Source: an uncultured bacterium (lineage in GTDB: Bacteria; Babelota; Babeliae; Babelales; Babelaceae). Taken from it: a DNA stretch of 64,000 bases. The position numbers and the translations under genes were made by a program. The stretch spans positions 96,001-160,000 of the forward strand of contig CAVRKK010000002.1 of NCBI GenBank assembly GCA_963722385.1, in the 5' to 3' direction. Of this stretch, positions 1 to 9,555 are shown one piece after another (the stretch's first letter is position 1; every line of letters begins with the position of its first letter). The notes beneath the pieces were generated by a model. The model was not told the origin of the DNA. It ran no database searches and was given only the letters and a program-made list of their open reading frames with translations.

Positions 1-160
1 CCTCTTCGGCCATTTTCTTAAGTGCAAAATAAATTGAGCCATACCCTACATTTGCCCATTTCTCTACATTCCAAGACTCCAAGACTTGCTTGATTTCATA
101 GCCATGTCTCGGCTTTCCGTCATTAAGTATTCCTAAAATTAAAATACGAGCTGCTGACAT
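1..160 (-). CDS. PadR-family transcriptional regulator (5' part, runs off window)
   Basis: Manual translation from ATG at 160: MSAARILILGILNDGKPRHGYEIKQ...GSIYFALKKMAEE, with the PadR motifs HGYEI and GSIYxxL. Not in the ORF track. Confidence 0.85.
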   Translation of the reverse strand, partial: MSAARILILGILNDGKPRHGYEIKQVLESWNVEKWANVGYGSIYFALKKMAEE

Positions 161-335
161 TGTGCCCTCTATTTAGCATTCAAATTTATATAATATTTAT
201 TATATATGTGCTCGTGCTTTTGTAAAGCATTTTGTTTGGTGATTAACTTTATCGCCGGCTCAACGAAATATAAGCAAGCGTGCATTTTGCTTGATGCCAT
301 GGTACAGTGATCGTTGCCAAGTAAAGGAGATAGTT

Positions 336-2033
336 ATGTTTGGCAGTGATTTGGCTAAAAGGACGCTCAAGACGAAATGGCTTAATGCCTATAGGCTTTT
401 AGAATTATTTTTCAAGATCATGCTCATCTGTGTTTATTCTTGTTTGTACGCCATGGAGCCTCCCAGCAAGCATGAAGAAATAGAACCGGCAAGCGATTTT
501 TTAGAAGGCTTTGTTGTAATTCAGCAACCTGAAAGCATGTCTGGGGTCGTGCAATCCGAGATTGTTCTACGTGTTGATGATCAGATAATGAGCGGGTTGA
601 TAGACACGATTAGGGCTGGGCAATTGCCAACCGTCAAAGAACTTCTTGCTGCTGGGGCTTTGGCAAATTTTGATGGTGGGCACCTACCGCTTATCGAAGC
701 GGTCAAACAAGACACCGGTGAAAATAACAGAATGCTCATAATATATGAACTCTTAGAGTGGCTAGATTCTGATGACATCAACAAGCCTGATTATCTTGGG
801 AGAACGGCGCTCTATTACGCTATCCTGAAAGGAAAAGATGAGGTGGCAAACGCCTTGCGGTTACATGGTGCTTTTGGCAACACAAAAGCTATGTGGCAAG
901 AGGGTCTCAATGACCGGCTATTTCAGGCTGTTCACCGTACTGGACAAAATCTTGTGCAAATCAGCGATCTTCTTAATATGGGAGCTTGTCCAGATTTTGT
1001 AGACCCAGAAACAGGCTATACGACGCTCACCTTAGCAATTATGTACCGACACCCTGCCATTCCGTTATTGCTAAAGCATGGCGCTGATCCTAATCGCCTT
1101 GATAATCAGGGGTATCCACCCTTACAATTGGCTATAATTCTTGCAGCATTTGATAATGACGAATATATGGCAGGTATTGTGCATCTATTGCTTACCAACC
1201 AACTTCCCGCATGCGTCAATGTTCTCTATAATGGTTTGGCACCGCTCCACTATGCAATTTTGGGCAAACAGACGGAGCTTGTTGCTCAACTACTTCAGGC
1301 AGGAGCAGATCCTGCTCTCAAGTCCGCTCAAGGCGTAACACCAAGCGATCTTGCTCTTCATACGCAGCAGCTAGCTATTCTAAAGCTGCTCAAGGAAGTG
1401 AGCCCTCGTGAATGCACGGTTTCGTCAGTTTCGTCAGGCATGATACAGTTTTTGAGCGAGCGAATGAAGCCGGCTATTATTGACAACAATCGAGATGCTT
1501 TAGAGCAATTGCTCGATTTTGGCGCTGTTCCTTATAGTAGTGATCTCGGTATTGCAATAGACCTAAACCGCGTTGATCACTTTAGATTGCTTCTTAAGTA
1601 TGGTGCTGATCCGCTTGTCCCTCTCGCAAATGGATTTACACCATTACTATGGGTAATTCGTTCAAACAGGCCAGAGATGTTCAAGCAGCTTCTAACAGCT
1701 CATCCTGGTCTCGTGAACTATACGGATGAAAACGGTTATACTCTGCTACATTGGGCGGTGATATACGAATGCCCAGCAATAGTAATCGCGCTTTTGGGCC
1801 ACGACGCGAGCTGTTTAGCCCAAACAGCAAAGGGGCTATCAGCTGTTGATCTTGCGCGCAAAAAAAACAATAAAGAGATTTTAGCGTTGATTGAGCCAAT
1901 GGCACGGCTCCAGGCTGCGAGCCTATCTACCGGCGACGCTTTATGGGGGCCGAACTGTACCTCTACGCCTTTTTCGCCATCTATCACACTGGTAATGCCA
2001 GCTGTACCTGAAAGTTCTTCTCAAAGGAGCTAG
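336..2033 (+). CDS. Ankyrin-repeat protein, putative secreted effector
   Basis: Multiple ankyrin motifs (GRTALYYA, GYPPLQLA, GLAPLHYA, GFTPLLWV, GYTLLHWA). AAGGAG RBS before ATG 336. Hydrophobic N-terminus ending CLYAMEP. Confidence 0.92.
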   Translation: MFGSDLAKRTLKTKWLNAYRLLELFFKIMLICVYSCLYAMEPPSKHEEIEPASDFLEGFVVIQQPESMSGVVQSEIVLRVDDQIMSGLIDTIRAGQLPTVKELLAAGALANFDGGHLPLIEAVKQDTGENNRMLIIYELLEWLDSDDINKPDYLGRTALYYAILKGKDEVANALRLHGAFGNTKAMWQEGLNDRLFQAVHRTGQNLVQISDLLNMGACPDFVDPETGYTTLTLAIMYRHPAIPLLLKHGADPNRLDNQGYPPLQLAIILAAFDNDEYMAGIVHLLLTNQLPACVNVLYNGLAPLHYAILGKQTELVAQLLQAGADPALKSAQGVTPSDLALHTQQLAILKLLKEVSPRECTVSSVSSGMIQFLSERMKPAIIDNNRDALEQLLDFGAVPYSSDLGIAIDLNRVDHFRLLLKYGADPLVPLANGFTPLLWVIRSNRPEMFKQLLTAHPGLVNYTDENGYTLLHWAVIYECPAIVIALLGHDASCLAQTAKGLSAVDLARKKNNKEILALIEPMARLQAASLSTGDALWGPNCTSTPFSPSITLVMPAVPESSSQRS

Positions 2034-2137
2034 TGTGTTTGCAAGAGATTAAGTGATTTTTTAGCTATGAGCACAATTTAAATATTGATAGCAATTTGAT
2101 AATATGGTAGCACATATAGAAATTCAGGAGATTTTTC

Positions 2138-3316
2138 GTGCTATTATTCTTATTGCTTTTGTGTGGTTATTGCTTTGAAAGTCTTGCTCACTTTAAAAAA
2201 GTCATGCGTGACGACCCGAGATTTGTTTTAGCTGGACAACTTGCGCCAAGCGCAAAAAGGTATGTCTCGTTAGATAAAAAACAGCAATTTTCCTGCCGTG
2301 CTTTTCCTCTAGAACGGGAAAGCTTGTGTGAAGGGAAACAGCCGCCTCAAATTGAACATGTTTTGCCAGAAACTTTTGTTCTGGAATTGGAAAATGCAAA
2401 AGTATCCGGTAACAATGGTTATATTATTGTTACTCTCCCTGATGGAGAAAAAAAATTTTTACTCGATACGGTTTGGGATTGGGAAGATGTTGATAATTTT
2501 GCTTTTCAGGAAAATTTTAATCGTGAGCAAACGGTAAAAAAAATTCAGGGGCGCGTTGCCGTGATAGCCCAATCGGGTTCATATAACTATTATCACTGGG
2601 TGACAGAAGTTTTGCCACGGATTGAACTTCTTAAAAGAGCAGACGCGGAATATGATTATCTCTATGTGCCAATACTCAACTATGCATTCCAGAAGGATAG
2701 CTTGCTTGCACTTGGTATCGATATTTCCCGGATTATAGAAGGAAATGATAGCACGGTAATTGAAGCTGACTTGTTAGTGATTCCCTCTTCGCCTTCGTAT
2801 TCGACGATTTCGCCATCCTGGGCAATTGATTTTATAAAAAAGTCACTTCTTGGCAAAGAGTGCCAAAAAACTGATTACTCTAGAAGAATCTTTATTTCGC
2901 GAAAAAATGCTCTCTATCGGTTCCTTCCCAATGAGAATGAATTGCTTGATTTTCTAACAGGTGTCTTTAATGTGCGACCCGTTTATCCAGAAGATTGGTC
3001 AATCGAGGAGCAAGCATGTATTTTTTCGCAAGCAGAAGTGATTATTGCTCTTCATGGTGCAGAGCTCACCAACCTTATATTTGCACGTCCGGAAACAGTC
3101 GTTATTGAAATATTCCAATATCATTTGGATGAAACTTTCTGGATACTAAGCCAACAATTAGGGTTAAGGCACTACTGCTTACTCGGTTTACATCAAAAAT
3201 CGATTGAAAAATTAAAAGACTACGTATTCGCCGACACGGAAGGAAGATATGCAAACGAAGCAGTGGATCTAGAAAAAATCAGAACAGAGCTCTCAAGGCT
3301 TCCTATTATCATGTAA
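2138..3316 (+). CDS. Glycosyltransferase family 61 (DUF563-like) protein with signal peptide
   Basis: NYYHW..E.LPR, RIFISRK, EQA..FSQA and ALHGA.LTN..F motifs. CAGGAG RBS. Confidence 0.85.
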   Translation: MLLFLLLLCGYCFESLAHFKKVMRDDPRFVLAGQLAPSAKRYVSLDKKQQFSCRAFPLERESLCEGKQPPQIEHVLPETFVLELENAKVSGNNGYIIVTLPDGEKKFLLDTVWDWEDVDNFAFQENFNREQTVKKIQGRVAVIAQSGSYNYYHWVTEVLPRIELLKRADAEYDYLYVPILNYAFQKDSLLALGIDISRIIEGNDSTVIEADLLVIPSSPSYSTISPSWAIDFIKKSLLGKECQKTDYSRRIFISRKNALYRFLPNENELLDFLTGVFNVRPVYPEDWSIEEQACIFSQAEVIIALHGAELTNLIFARPETVVIEIFQYHLDETFWILSQQLGLRHYCLLGLHQKSIEKLKDYVFADTEGRYANEAVDLEKIRTELSRLPIIM

Positions 3317-3352
3317 TGCTTAAGAGTTTATCGTGAATAAAAGCTTTCTGGG

Positions 3353-3557
3353 TTTCAGTTGCGTAAATATTTAATTATTTCTAGATTAACGCAATAGAGT
3401 TTAATAAGGTGCATAGCTTGCTGGGGCATCGTATTTTTTTCGATAGCCATCATGCTGGTTTCTATCGTTTTTTCCAAAATTCATAGGCACGACTTTCAGA
3501 ATCGCCCCGTAGTTCAAACGCAATAAGAAACATTAAAGTAAATCTTGAAATATTCAT
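3353..3557 (-). pseudogene. Decayed signal-peptide gene fragment
   Basis: Reads MNISRFTLMFLIAFELRGDSESRAYEFWKK, then a frameshift at an A-run. AT-rich promoter-like region upstream. Confidence 0.3.
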
Positions 3558-3726
3558 AATTCTCGAACATATTGTTTATTTTTAAAATATCATTTTTTGA
3601 AATAAAAATGTCAATTGATTAATTGAAGGGACGAAAATTCTTGTACTTTATTTTATGAAAAGATCTTTAACTGTTCCGGGAGCCTTAAGTGAGAGAATAT
3701 TGCTCATTGTAGACAATTTGGCTCGC

Positions 3727-3942
3727 TTAGCAGTTAAACCAGTGTGCAAGAAGTGGAAAAACGACCCTTTTCGATAGCAGAATACCCATAAAAACGCTCG
3801 CAAAAATTATGAAAAATCGCTTCTTTTTTGCTTGCTCAATGGATTGCTCAAATGCGGCCCTCAACAAAATAGTGAGTGCGAGATTAATACTTATTATGCA
3901 TAATACGTCAGAAAGGAATGATACAATGGTGGAACAGGTCAT
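3727..3942 (-). CDS. Small two-TM membrane protein
   Basis: AGGA RBS before ATG. Two hydrophobic stretches separated by KKKR. Confidence 0.45.
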   Translation of the reverse strand: MTCSTIVSFLSDVLCIISINLALTILLRAAFEQSIEQAKKKRFFIIFASVFMGILLSKRVVFPLLAHWFNC

Positions 3943-4045
3943 GTTTTCCTTTTTTCGCTATTAAGGCTCTTCAGATAAAATCGCATTAAGAGTATAGGCC
4001 AATAATAAGCTATGGTTCAAGAATTTTTTCCTGCAGGCTTTCTAT

Positions 4046-4102
4046 TTATTCAAATATCAAAGTCTTGATATTACGTGCGGTTAAAACCTTTTTTTCTAAA
4101 GC
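4046..4102 (-). pseudogene. Orphan copy of the 3' end of the FtsH-like gene (7032-9266)
   Basis: 4055-4096 matches 7041-7082 at 40/42 nt. Reads ALEKKVLTARNIKTLIFE* versus ALQEKKVLTARDIKTLIPK*. Confidence 0.85.
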
Positions 4103-4408
4103 TAAAAAATGCAAGACGCCTGCATTTGAACATTTTTAGTCATTAGTATGATAACATGTATGATTTTTTTGGGTTTGTGTGGCATTCGTAAGTTGGGTAA
4201 TTTGACAAGTTCGAGAGAAGTATAATAAGCTGACAATGTTTATAAGGAGAAGCTCGAGTCAGCGATTTAAGCAAAATAACTCCAAAATGACATATTGCGA
4301 TATTTGTCGCCAGCATTACAGGCAACCACAAAAGTAAGTGAATTTGCAAAGCGATGGATGCAAAGGGGCTAAACATCTCTTGCTACGGCTTTCGGACAAA
4401 TCGCGCAA

Positions 4409-6769
4409 TCAACTATGGCTAGAACGTTGCCATAAAGCATTCATTATCGCAAGCATTGCTGGTAAGAGCTCCGGAAAAATATGATAGTTTATATTAACTA
4501 AAAAGTTACTAAAATTGCCATAAAGTCTACTGCTTCCAGGTTCTTCTCGCATACGGTCAAGTAATGCGGTAAGCTCGTGGCTAAAATGCTTCATCTCAGG
4601 AGTTGATGTGGAAGGCACGAATGACGGTAAACGATCAATAGCTCTATTAATAACTTCTACAGGCAATGTTCTTATTAAATGATTGGTGATGACCAAGTCA
4701 TTATGAAGAATAGCACGATTAAGCGCTGTTAAAACTGCTTCATGCCAATCTGATGCTCCCGCTTGAATAGCTGCTTGAGCATAGTGTGTAATTGTTTCAA
4801 CTGCTTCACTGTTACCGCGTGTAGCAGCAGTAATCAATGCCTGCTGCAAAGTAGGATCAAAAAGATTACGTCCCTGAATACCCATAATCATTTTGTACAA
4901 ACTATTATTTTGGGCTACCGCTAGTATAAATGCATGATTAATTAACTTTGCATCATTTAGGCTAAAACTATCCCCTAATTTTTTTTGAATTAACGATTTA
5001 ATGATGAAATGTGCTTTTTGTTGCTCGTCAGCCTCGTGCGGGTTGCCTAATCGAGCTAAAGCAATTGCCCGTAATAATGGTTGATCTGGATAAGCAGCTT
5101 TTATTTGTTCAACGACCCTCTGCCATTTTTGCCTAGCAGAGAAAGCGTCTGGCACAAAAGTAACTCCATGTTCGAGCAACCATCTAATAATTTCCGGCTG
5201 AGAACGAGAAGCCGACGAAATAACAGAATACCCAGCAGTATTACGTTGATTGAGATCAACACCGTATGTATTAAGCCATTCTAACCCCTCAATAATCTTA
5301 TTAGTCTGAGACTTAGATTTATCATGAGCAGCAGCTTGAACAAATCCCCATACTAGATTACCTCCTGGCATCCAACCAGATAGATTTACTTCTTTAGAAT
5401 AGCTATCATTAGTCGGCTCAAAGCGCACATTAAGTGAAGTGCCATAGCTGAATAGAAGCTTAATTAGCTCAAGATCAGCCTGTGTTGAAGCACGTATAAG
5501 CGCCCTTTGGGCAGCATCGCTATTAGGATTAGCTCCTTGCATAAGCAATGCCCGAATCTCTTCTATGTCGCGAGCTGCTAGCGCTTTTGCAAGCTGTTTG
5601 CTAAGCTCATCGGGCCTTTTTTCTGAGGGAGCACTTTCTGTTTCTTTTTCTTTTTCCTTCTCTTTTTCTTTTCTCGCGCCTGATGTTCCTCCAGTTTCTG
5701 TCTGAATGGGTTGAGGCTGAGGCCGTATCGATTCTAGAACATCATTAAAGTTGATATCGAGCTTGAACTCATCATTTACTGCACGGAAATACTCAACAAC
5801 ATCACTCTGTCCTTGAGCGTAGGCATAGCGAAGGAAATTTTTAATATATCCTGTTATTTTTTCTCTTGATAAGCCCTGTGCAAGAAGAGTGCGAAAACTC
5901 CCTGGTGCTTCATAGAGCATTTTAATACCATCAAGATACCCTACAAGGGCTGCTTTGCTCAATGCTTTCATAAAATCATGTAATGAAAGTTGAGCTACCA
6001 AGGTTTCTTGTTCTAAAATATAGCGTAAAGCTGGGCTATGCTGAGCAGCTGCAAGAATAAAAGCATAACGGAGCTCACTTTTTTTCTCTTCGGTAAGACT
6101 CTTTTGACTTGCCATGTTTTTCAAAAGGTAACGTGGATCGTGATTAAGTATAATTGCTTGCACCAAAGGTCGACGGATATACGTATTTTGTATCAAACGA
6201 ATAACATCTCTTTGAGCTATATTAGCATGCCTTATGCTAAAGCCATGTGCAAAAAGCCATTGCCATATGAAGTAATTTCTATCGAAGAGACTAACAAGCT
6301 CCGATAGGGGTTGTGTATTTAAACGAGCACCATGCCGCAACAGCCACCTACCCACCTCATCAAGAGTCGAACTTTCTGGGTGACTTGCCAAGTAGCCAAA
6401 AATAACACTTGTTGGTAGCCAATCTGTCCCCCTCTGCTCACGTGGCTCCTCAGAATTAATATTTGCTCTGTGGTTATACAGAAGCTTTATAAGGTAAAAA
6501 TTGCCTATCCTTGCTGCGGCATTTATCATTGGTATATTATGCGTACCACCAGGTGCAGAAAACTCCATTAAAGCATTAACGTCAGCACCTTGTGCAATTG
6601 CTTGTGTTGCCTCGGCTAACGCCCTTTCTTGATCTTTTACCGATGTTCCTGAATTTTCTATTGCTTGCGCAAGCTTCTTGGTTGCTTGAGAGCTAGGCTC
6701 CTGCATAGCATGCCCACTATAAAAAAATAAGCCCGTACCCATATAGACCAGAAGAATATATATCTTCAT
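4409..6769 (-). CDS. Secreted degenerate ankyrin-repeat protein with two internally duplicated halves
   Basis: Signal peptide ending GHAMQ. Halves both contain KxLAxA...QGA(D/N)xN, LIKLL, WLP/WMP, WLxxHG and AFILAxAQ. They are joined by a KEKEKEKE linker. Confidence 0.8.
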   Translation of the reverse strand: MKIYILLVYMGTGLFFYSGHAMQEPSSQATKKLAQAIENSGTSVKDQERALAEATQAIAQGADVNALMEFSAPGGTHNIPMINAAARIGNFYLIKLLYNHRANINSEEPREQRGTDWLPTSVIFGYLASHPESSTLDEVGRWLLRHGARLNTQPLSELVSLFDRNYFIWQWLFAHGFSIRHANIAQRDVIRLIQNTYIRRPLVQAIILNHDPRYLLKNMASQKSLTEEKKSELRYAFILAAAQHSPALRYILEQETLVAQLSLHDFMKALSKAALVGYLDGIKMLYEAPGSFRTLLAQGLSREKITGYIKNFLRYAYAQGQSDVVEYFRAVNDEFKLDINFNDVLESIRPQPQPIQTETGGTSGARKEKEKEKEKETESAPSEKRPDELSKQLAKALAARDIEEIRALLMQGANPNSDAAQRALIRASTQADLELIKLLFSYGTSLNVRFEPTNDSYSKEVNLSGWMPGGNLVWGFVQAAAHDKSKSQTNKIIEGLEWLNTYGVDLNQRNTAGYSVISSASRSQPEIIRWLLEHGVTFVPDAFSARQKWQRVVEQIKAAYPDQPLLRAIALARLGNPHEADEQQKAHFIIKSLIQKKLGDSFSLNDAKLINHAFILAVAQNNSLYKMIMGIQGRNLFDPTLQQALITAATRGNSEAVETITHYAQAAIQAGASDWHEAVLTALNRAILHNDLVITNHLIRTLPVEVINRAIDRLPSFVPSTSTPEMKHFSHELTALLDRMREEPGSSRLYGNFSNFLVNINYHIFPELLPAMLAIMNALWQRSSHS

Positions 6770-7031
6770 GTAGTTCCTCGCAAGTATATTATTTATATTT
6801 ATTTATATTATATAAAATTATAGTAATAAAGGTCAAGATTGCTTATTATGCGCAATAGATGCTTTTGCAAACTTTTAAGCATGTAATACAGCCTAACAAG
6901 GCATAGGCCTCTTGCCTCTTTTTATGCGAATCTGTTATTTATTATCGCTAGTTTTGCAAGAAAATGATTATAGAGAATTGAATGAATCTTAAGCAGCAAA
7001 TATTCGTTTATTCCAATAAGCACGTCCTTCT

Positions 7032-9266
7032 TCATTTAGGTATCAAAGTCTTGATATCACGTGCTGTTAAAACCTTTTTTTCTTGTAAGGCACTGGCTAA
7101 TAGTGCCAGGGTACTTTTATGATTTAAGAGGAGCTGCTTGGTCTCTGCTTTGAGCATATTGATCATGGTATCAAGTTTTTCTTGAGACTTGCTGAACAAA
7201 GAGCATTGGTCCGAAGTCCTCTGATCGTCATGACTATTGGTACATTTACGTTTGAGCGCGTCAAAATAGATTTTGGCATGCTCGAGTGCTCTTTTTTCAT
7301 CATCGACGTGATATGCTGCAATAGAATCATGCACGAGAATATCTTCAGCAAGAGGACCCGCAAAAAGTACTTGGGCAAGCTTTTTATGACCTTCAATGTT
7401 TATCGACTCCCGTTCCTGGCTAGGTCCAAATTTTACGATTTTCCCACATTTATTATCATCTTTTTCCTTGATCGAAAGCTTGCCAAGGGTAACAAACTCA
7501 AATTCGAAAGGTGACTTTAGCACATGGTGTACTAAGACTTGGCCAGCAAGATAAGCAGCAATAAGTTTCTGATGATCTTGGGGAAGATCACAGTCTCCTA
7601 TAATAGCGTGAGTTAACAAATTGATCTGTTCCTGGATTCGCTCATTCAATGTTTTTCGTTCAATTTTGCGAAGAGCATTTCTAATAATTTCTTCGAGCTG
7701 TGCATAATTAAGGCCCTCGGTTTGTTGTGCAAAGGACTTAACATGGATTTCGTCGAGCGTAAGTTTATATTTATCAGTAATCTCTCGTTTAAAAAAGAGG
7801 TAGCGCTGCTTATAGTTGGGTAACGTAAACGATATTTCTTTGGTAAAAAGATTCCTTAAGTCATCATCAACGCGCAAGGCCTCAACGGTCGACCCGATGA
7901 TAAAGACGTGAATGCTTGGGTAATTTTTGAGCTCATCCTCAATGTGCTGAAAGTTTCTAAAAATTGCTTTCCCTTTTTTGGGTTCATAGAGATGAAGGTC
8001 ATCAATATACAAAATGCTCGGCTCGTAAAACTTTGCTTCTTTATAAGCCTCAAGTAATCCAGTCTCACTAAGGAGGTCAGCTAATTTAACCTCTATAAAG
8101 CGTAAGCGAGTATTGTCATGGGCTATCTTATAATTTTTATTGATCGTGCCAGCGAGTGCGCGTGCGATAAGCGATTTTCCCGTTTTGGGAGGGCCAGAAA
8201 AAAGAATGAGTTTATTGGGCGTTTGATGCCGTAAATCAAACATCTCGGGGTTGGTTAGGTATTCTACAACATCTGAGAGTTGTTTCTTTTGTTCTTCAAA
8301 GCCGATTGTTGCTGGATCATCAAAGGTAACATCCTCGATAACTTTATACTTTTCGGGAGGTGGCACTTTTCTTTGCAGGGACAGCCAAGAAGCGTGGAGC
8401 CACTCAACGAGGTTATCCCAGGGGCGTGCTATTCCGAATTGATTGATAATGGTTTTTGGTACCGTCAAAAGGTTATCAAGTAAAAAGCGCAACATGTCCA
8501 AGGTGAAGTACGTTATACCAGCAAGAGATATAAAGCCTGCAGGCGACCATTCGAGGAGTGGGGTCCTGCCGTGTAGTCGAGCCGCAATACCTTTAATCTG
8601 AGCGGGATTCTCATGATAGAGGCGATATAAAGCGAGAGGCACAACGGCGCTTAAAAGAGGAGGCATATATGTTTTTAATGAGTTAAGAGCAGAATCGAGC
8701 AACCGAAAGAACTTTTGAGAAGCTGTTAAGTGCATGAGTTCACTTATGATATCGTCAAATTGATCCTCGAATTGGTCCATCTTGTCGTTGGTTTCATGGA
8801 GCAAGGCGATGCTGGATTTACAGGAAGGGCTTGTTATAAGCGGTGCTTCTATGAACGAGTGCCGCATCATTTCTGCTACATAGCCAATAAAGAAATTAAG
8901 ATCATAGAGCGTGAAATAAAGCTTATCGCGTTGCTCGGGGAGAGAATCGCGCGTTGTGCGCAATGCCCGCTGCGTCGCTGCGATCCACTCTTGGACCTCT
9001 TGCGAACCGCCAGGGCCTCTTTCCACCGTATACGTCTTATTTTGAATATGGTGTGCTAACATTGCTAATCGTTCAATGAGCCGCTGGATAATATGCTGAA
9101 TTTGATGAACTTCCTCAAGTGAAAATTGCCCCTCAGGATGGGGACACCGCTGCTTCGGCCGTTCGATGGTAAAAAGCGGCTGGGCCTGTTGAGCAAGAGA
9201 TAATTCAGCAATGCCAAATATGGCGCAGCATGCGAGAAAGCGACCAAGGGAAAAAATAATACTCAT
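7032..9266 (-). CDS. FtsH-like AAA+ ATPase with degenerate M41 protease domain
   Basis: VTFDD..IGFEEQK, Walker A GPPKTGKS, ARALAG, altered Walker B (ILYIDDLH). The HExxH position reads YLAGQ. Confidence 0.8.
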   Translation of the reverse strand: MSIIFSLGRFLACCAIFGIAELSLAQQAQPLFTIERPKQRCPHPEGQFSLEEVHQIQHIIQRLIERLAMLAHHIQNKTYTVERGPGGSQEVQEWIAATQRALRTTRDSLPEQRDKLYFTLYDLNFFIGYVAEMMRHSFIEAPLITSPSCKSSIALLHETNDKMDQFEDQFDDIISELMHLTASQKFFRLLDSALNSLKTYMPPLLSAVVPLALYRLYHENPAQIKGIAARLHGRTPLLEWSPAGFISLAGITYFTLDMLRFLLDNLLTVPKTIINQFGIARPWDNLVEWLHASWLSLQRKVPPPEKYKVIEDVTFDDPATIGFEEQKKQLSDVVEYLTNPEMFDLRHQTPNKLILFSGPPKTGKSLIARALAGTINKNYKIAHDNTRLRFIEVKLADLLSETGLLEAYKEAKFYEPSILYIDDLHLYEPKKGKAIFRNFQHIEDELKNYPSIHVFIIGSTVEALRVDDDLRNLFTKEISFTLPNYKQRYLFFKREITDKYKLTLDEIHVKSFAQQTEGLNYAQLEEIIRNALRKIERKTLNERIQEQINLLTHAIIGDCDLPQDHQKLIAAYLAGQVLVHHVLKSPFEFEFVTLGKLSIKEKDDNKCGKIVKFGPSQERESINIEGHKKLAQVLFAGPLAEDILVHDSIAAYHVDDEKRALEHAKIYFDALKRKCTNSHDDQRTSDQCSLFSKSQEKLDTMINMLKAETKQLLLNHKSTLALLASALQEKKVLTARDIKTLIPK

Positions 9267-9555
9267 ACCGCCATGACCTCGTTTTTATAAATTATATACT
9301 TCTAATATAAATTTATCTGTTTGTTTGTGTCAATGCTAAGAGTGAGTTTTGTTAATTTCATATTGAATTTTTTTCACAGCATGCTAGAATGAAAAGCATG
9401 TGATGTTAGGTTTTTGACAGAGCCCTACTTCTGAGGTAGGTGAAGTGAAAGAATTTATGAGCATTTTTTACCGTGACCCTAGAGCTGACAGGGAATAACT
9501 TATTTCGCATTATAAATAAAAATAGAGCAAAGCTTTATCTAATAAAAAGGAAACT

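Noticed and set aside
5630..5675. KEKEKEKE tracts here and near 10900-10926 as a DNA repeat family
   Set aside because: Low-complexity coding sequence with variable codons, not a DNA-level element.
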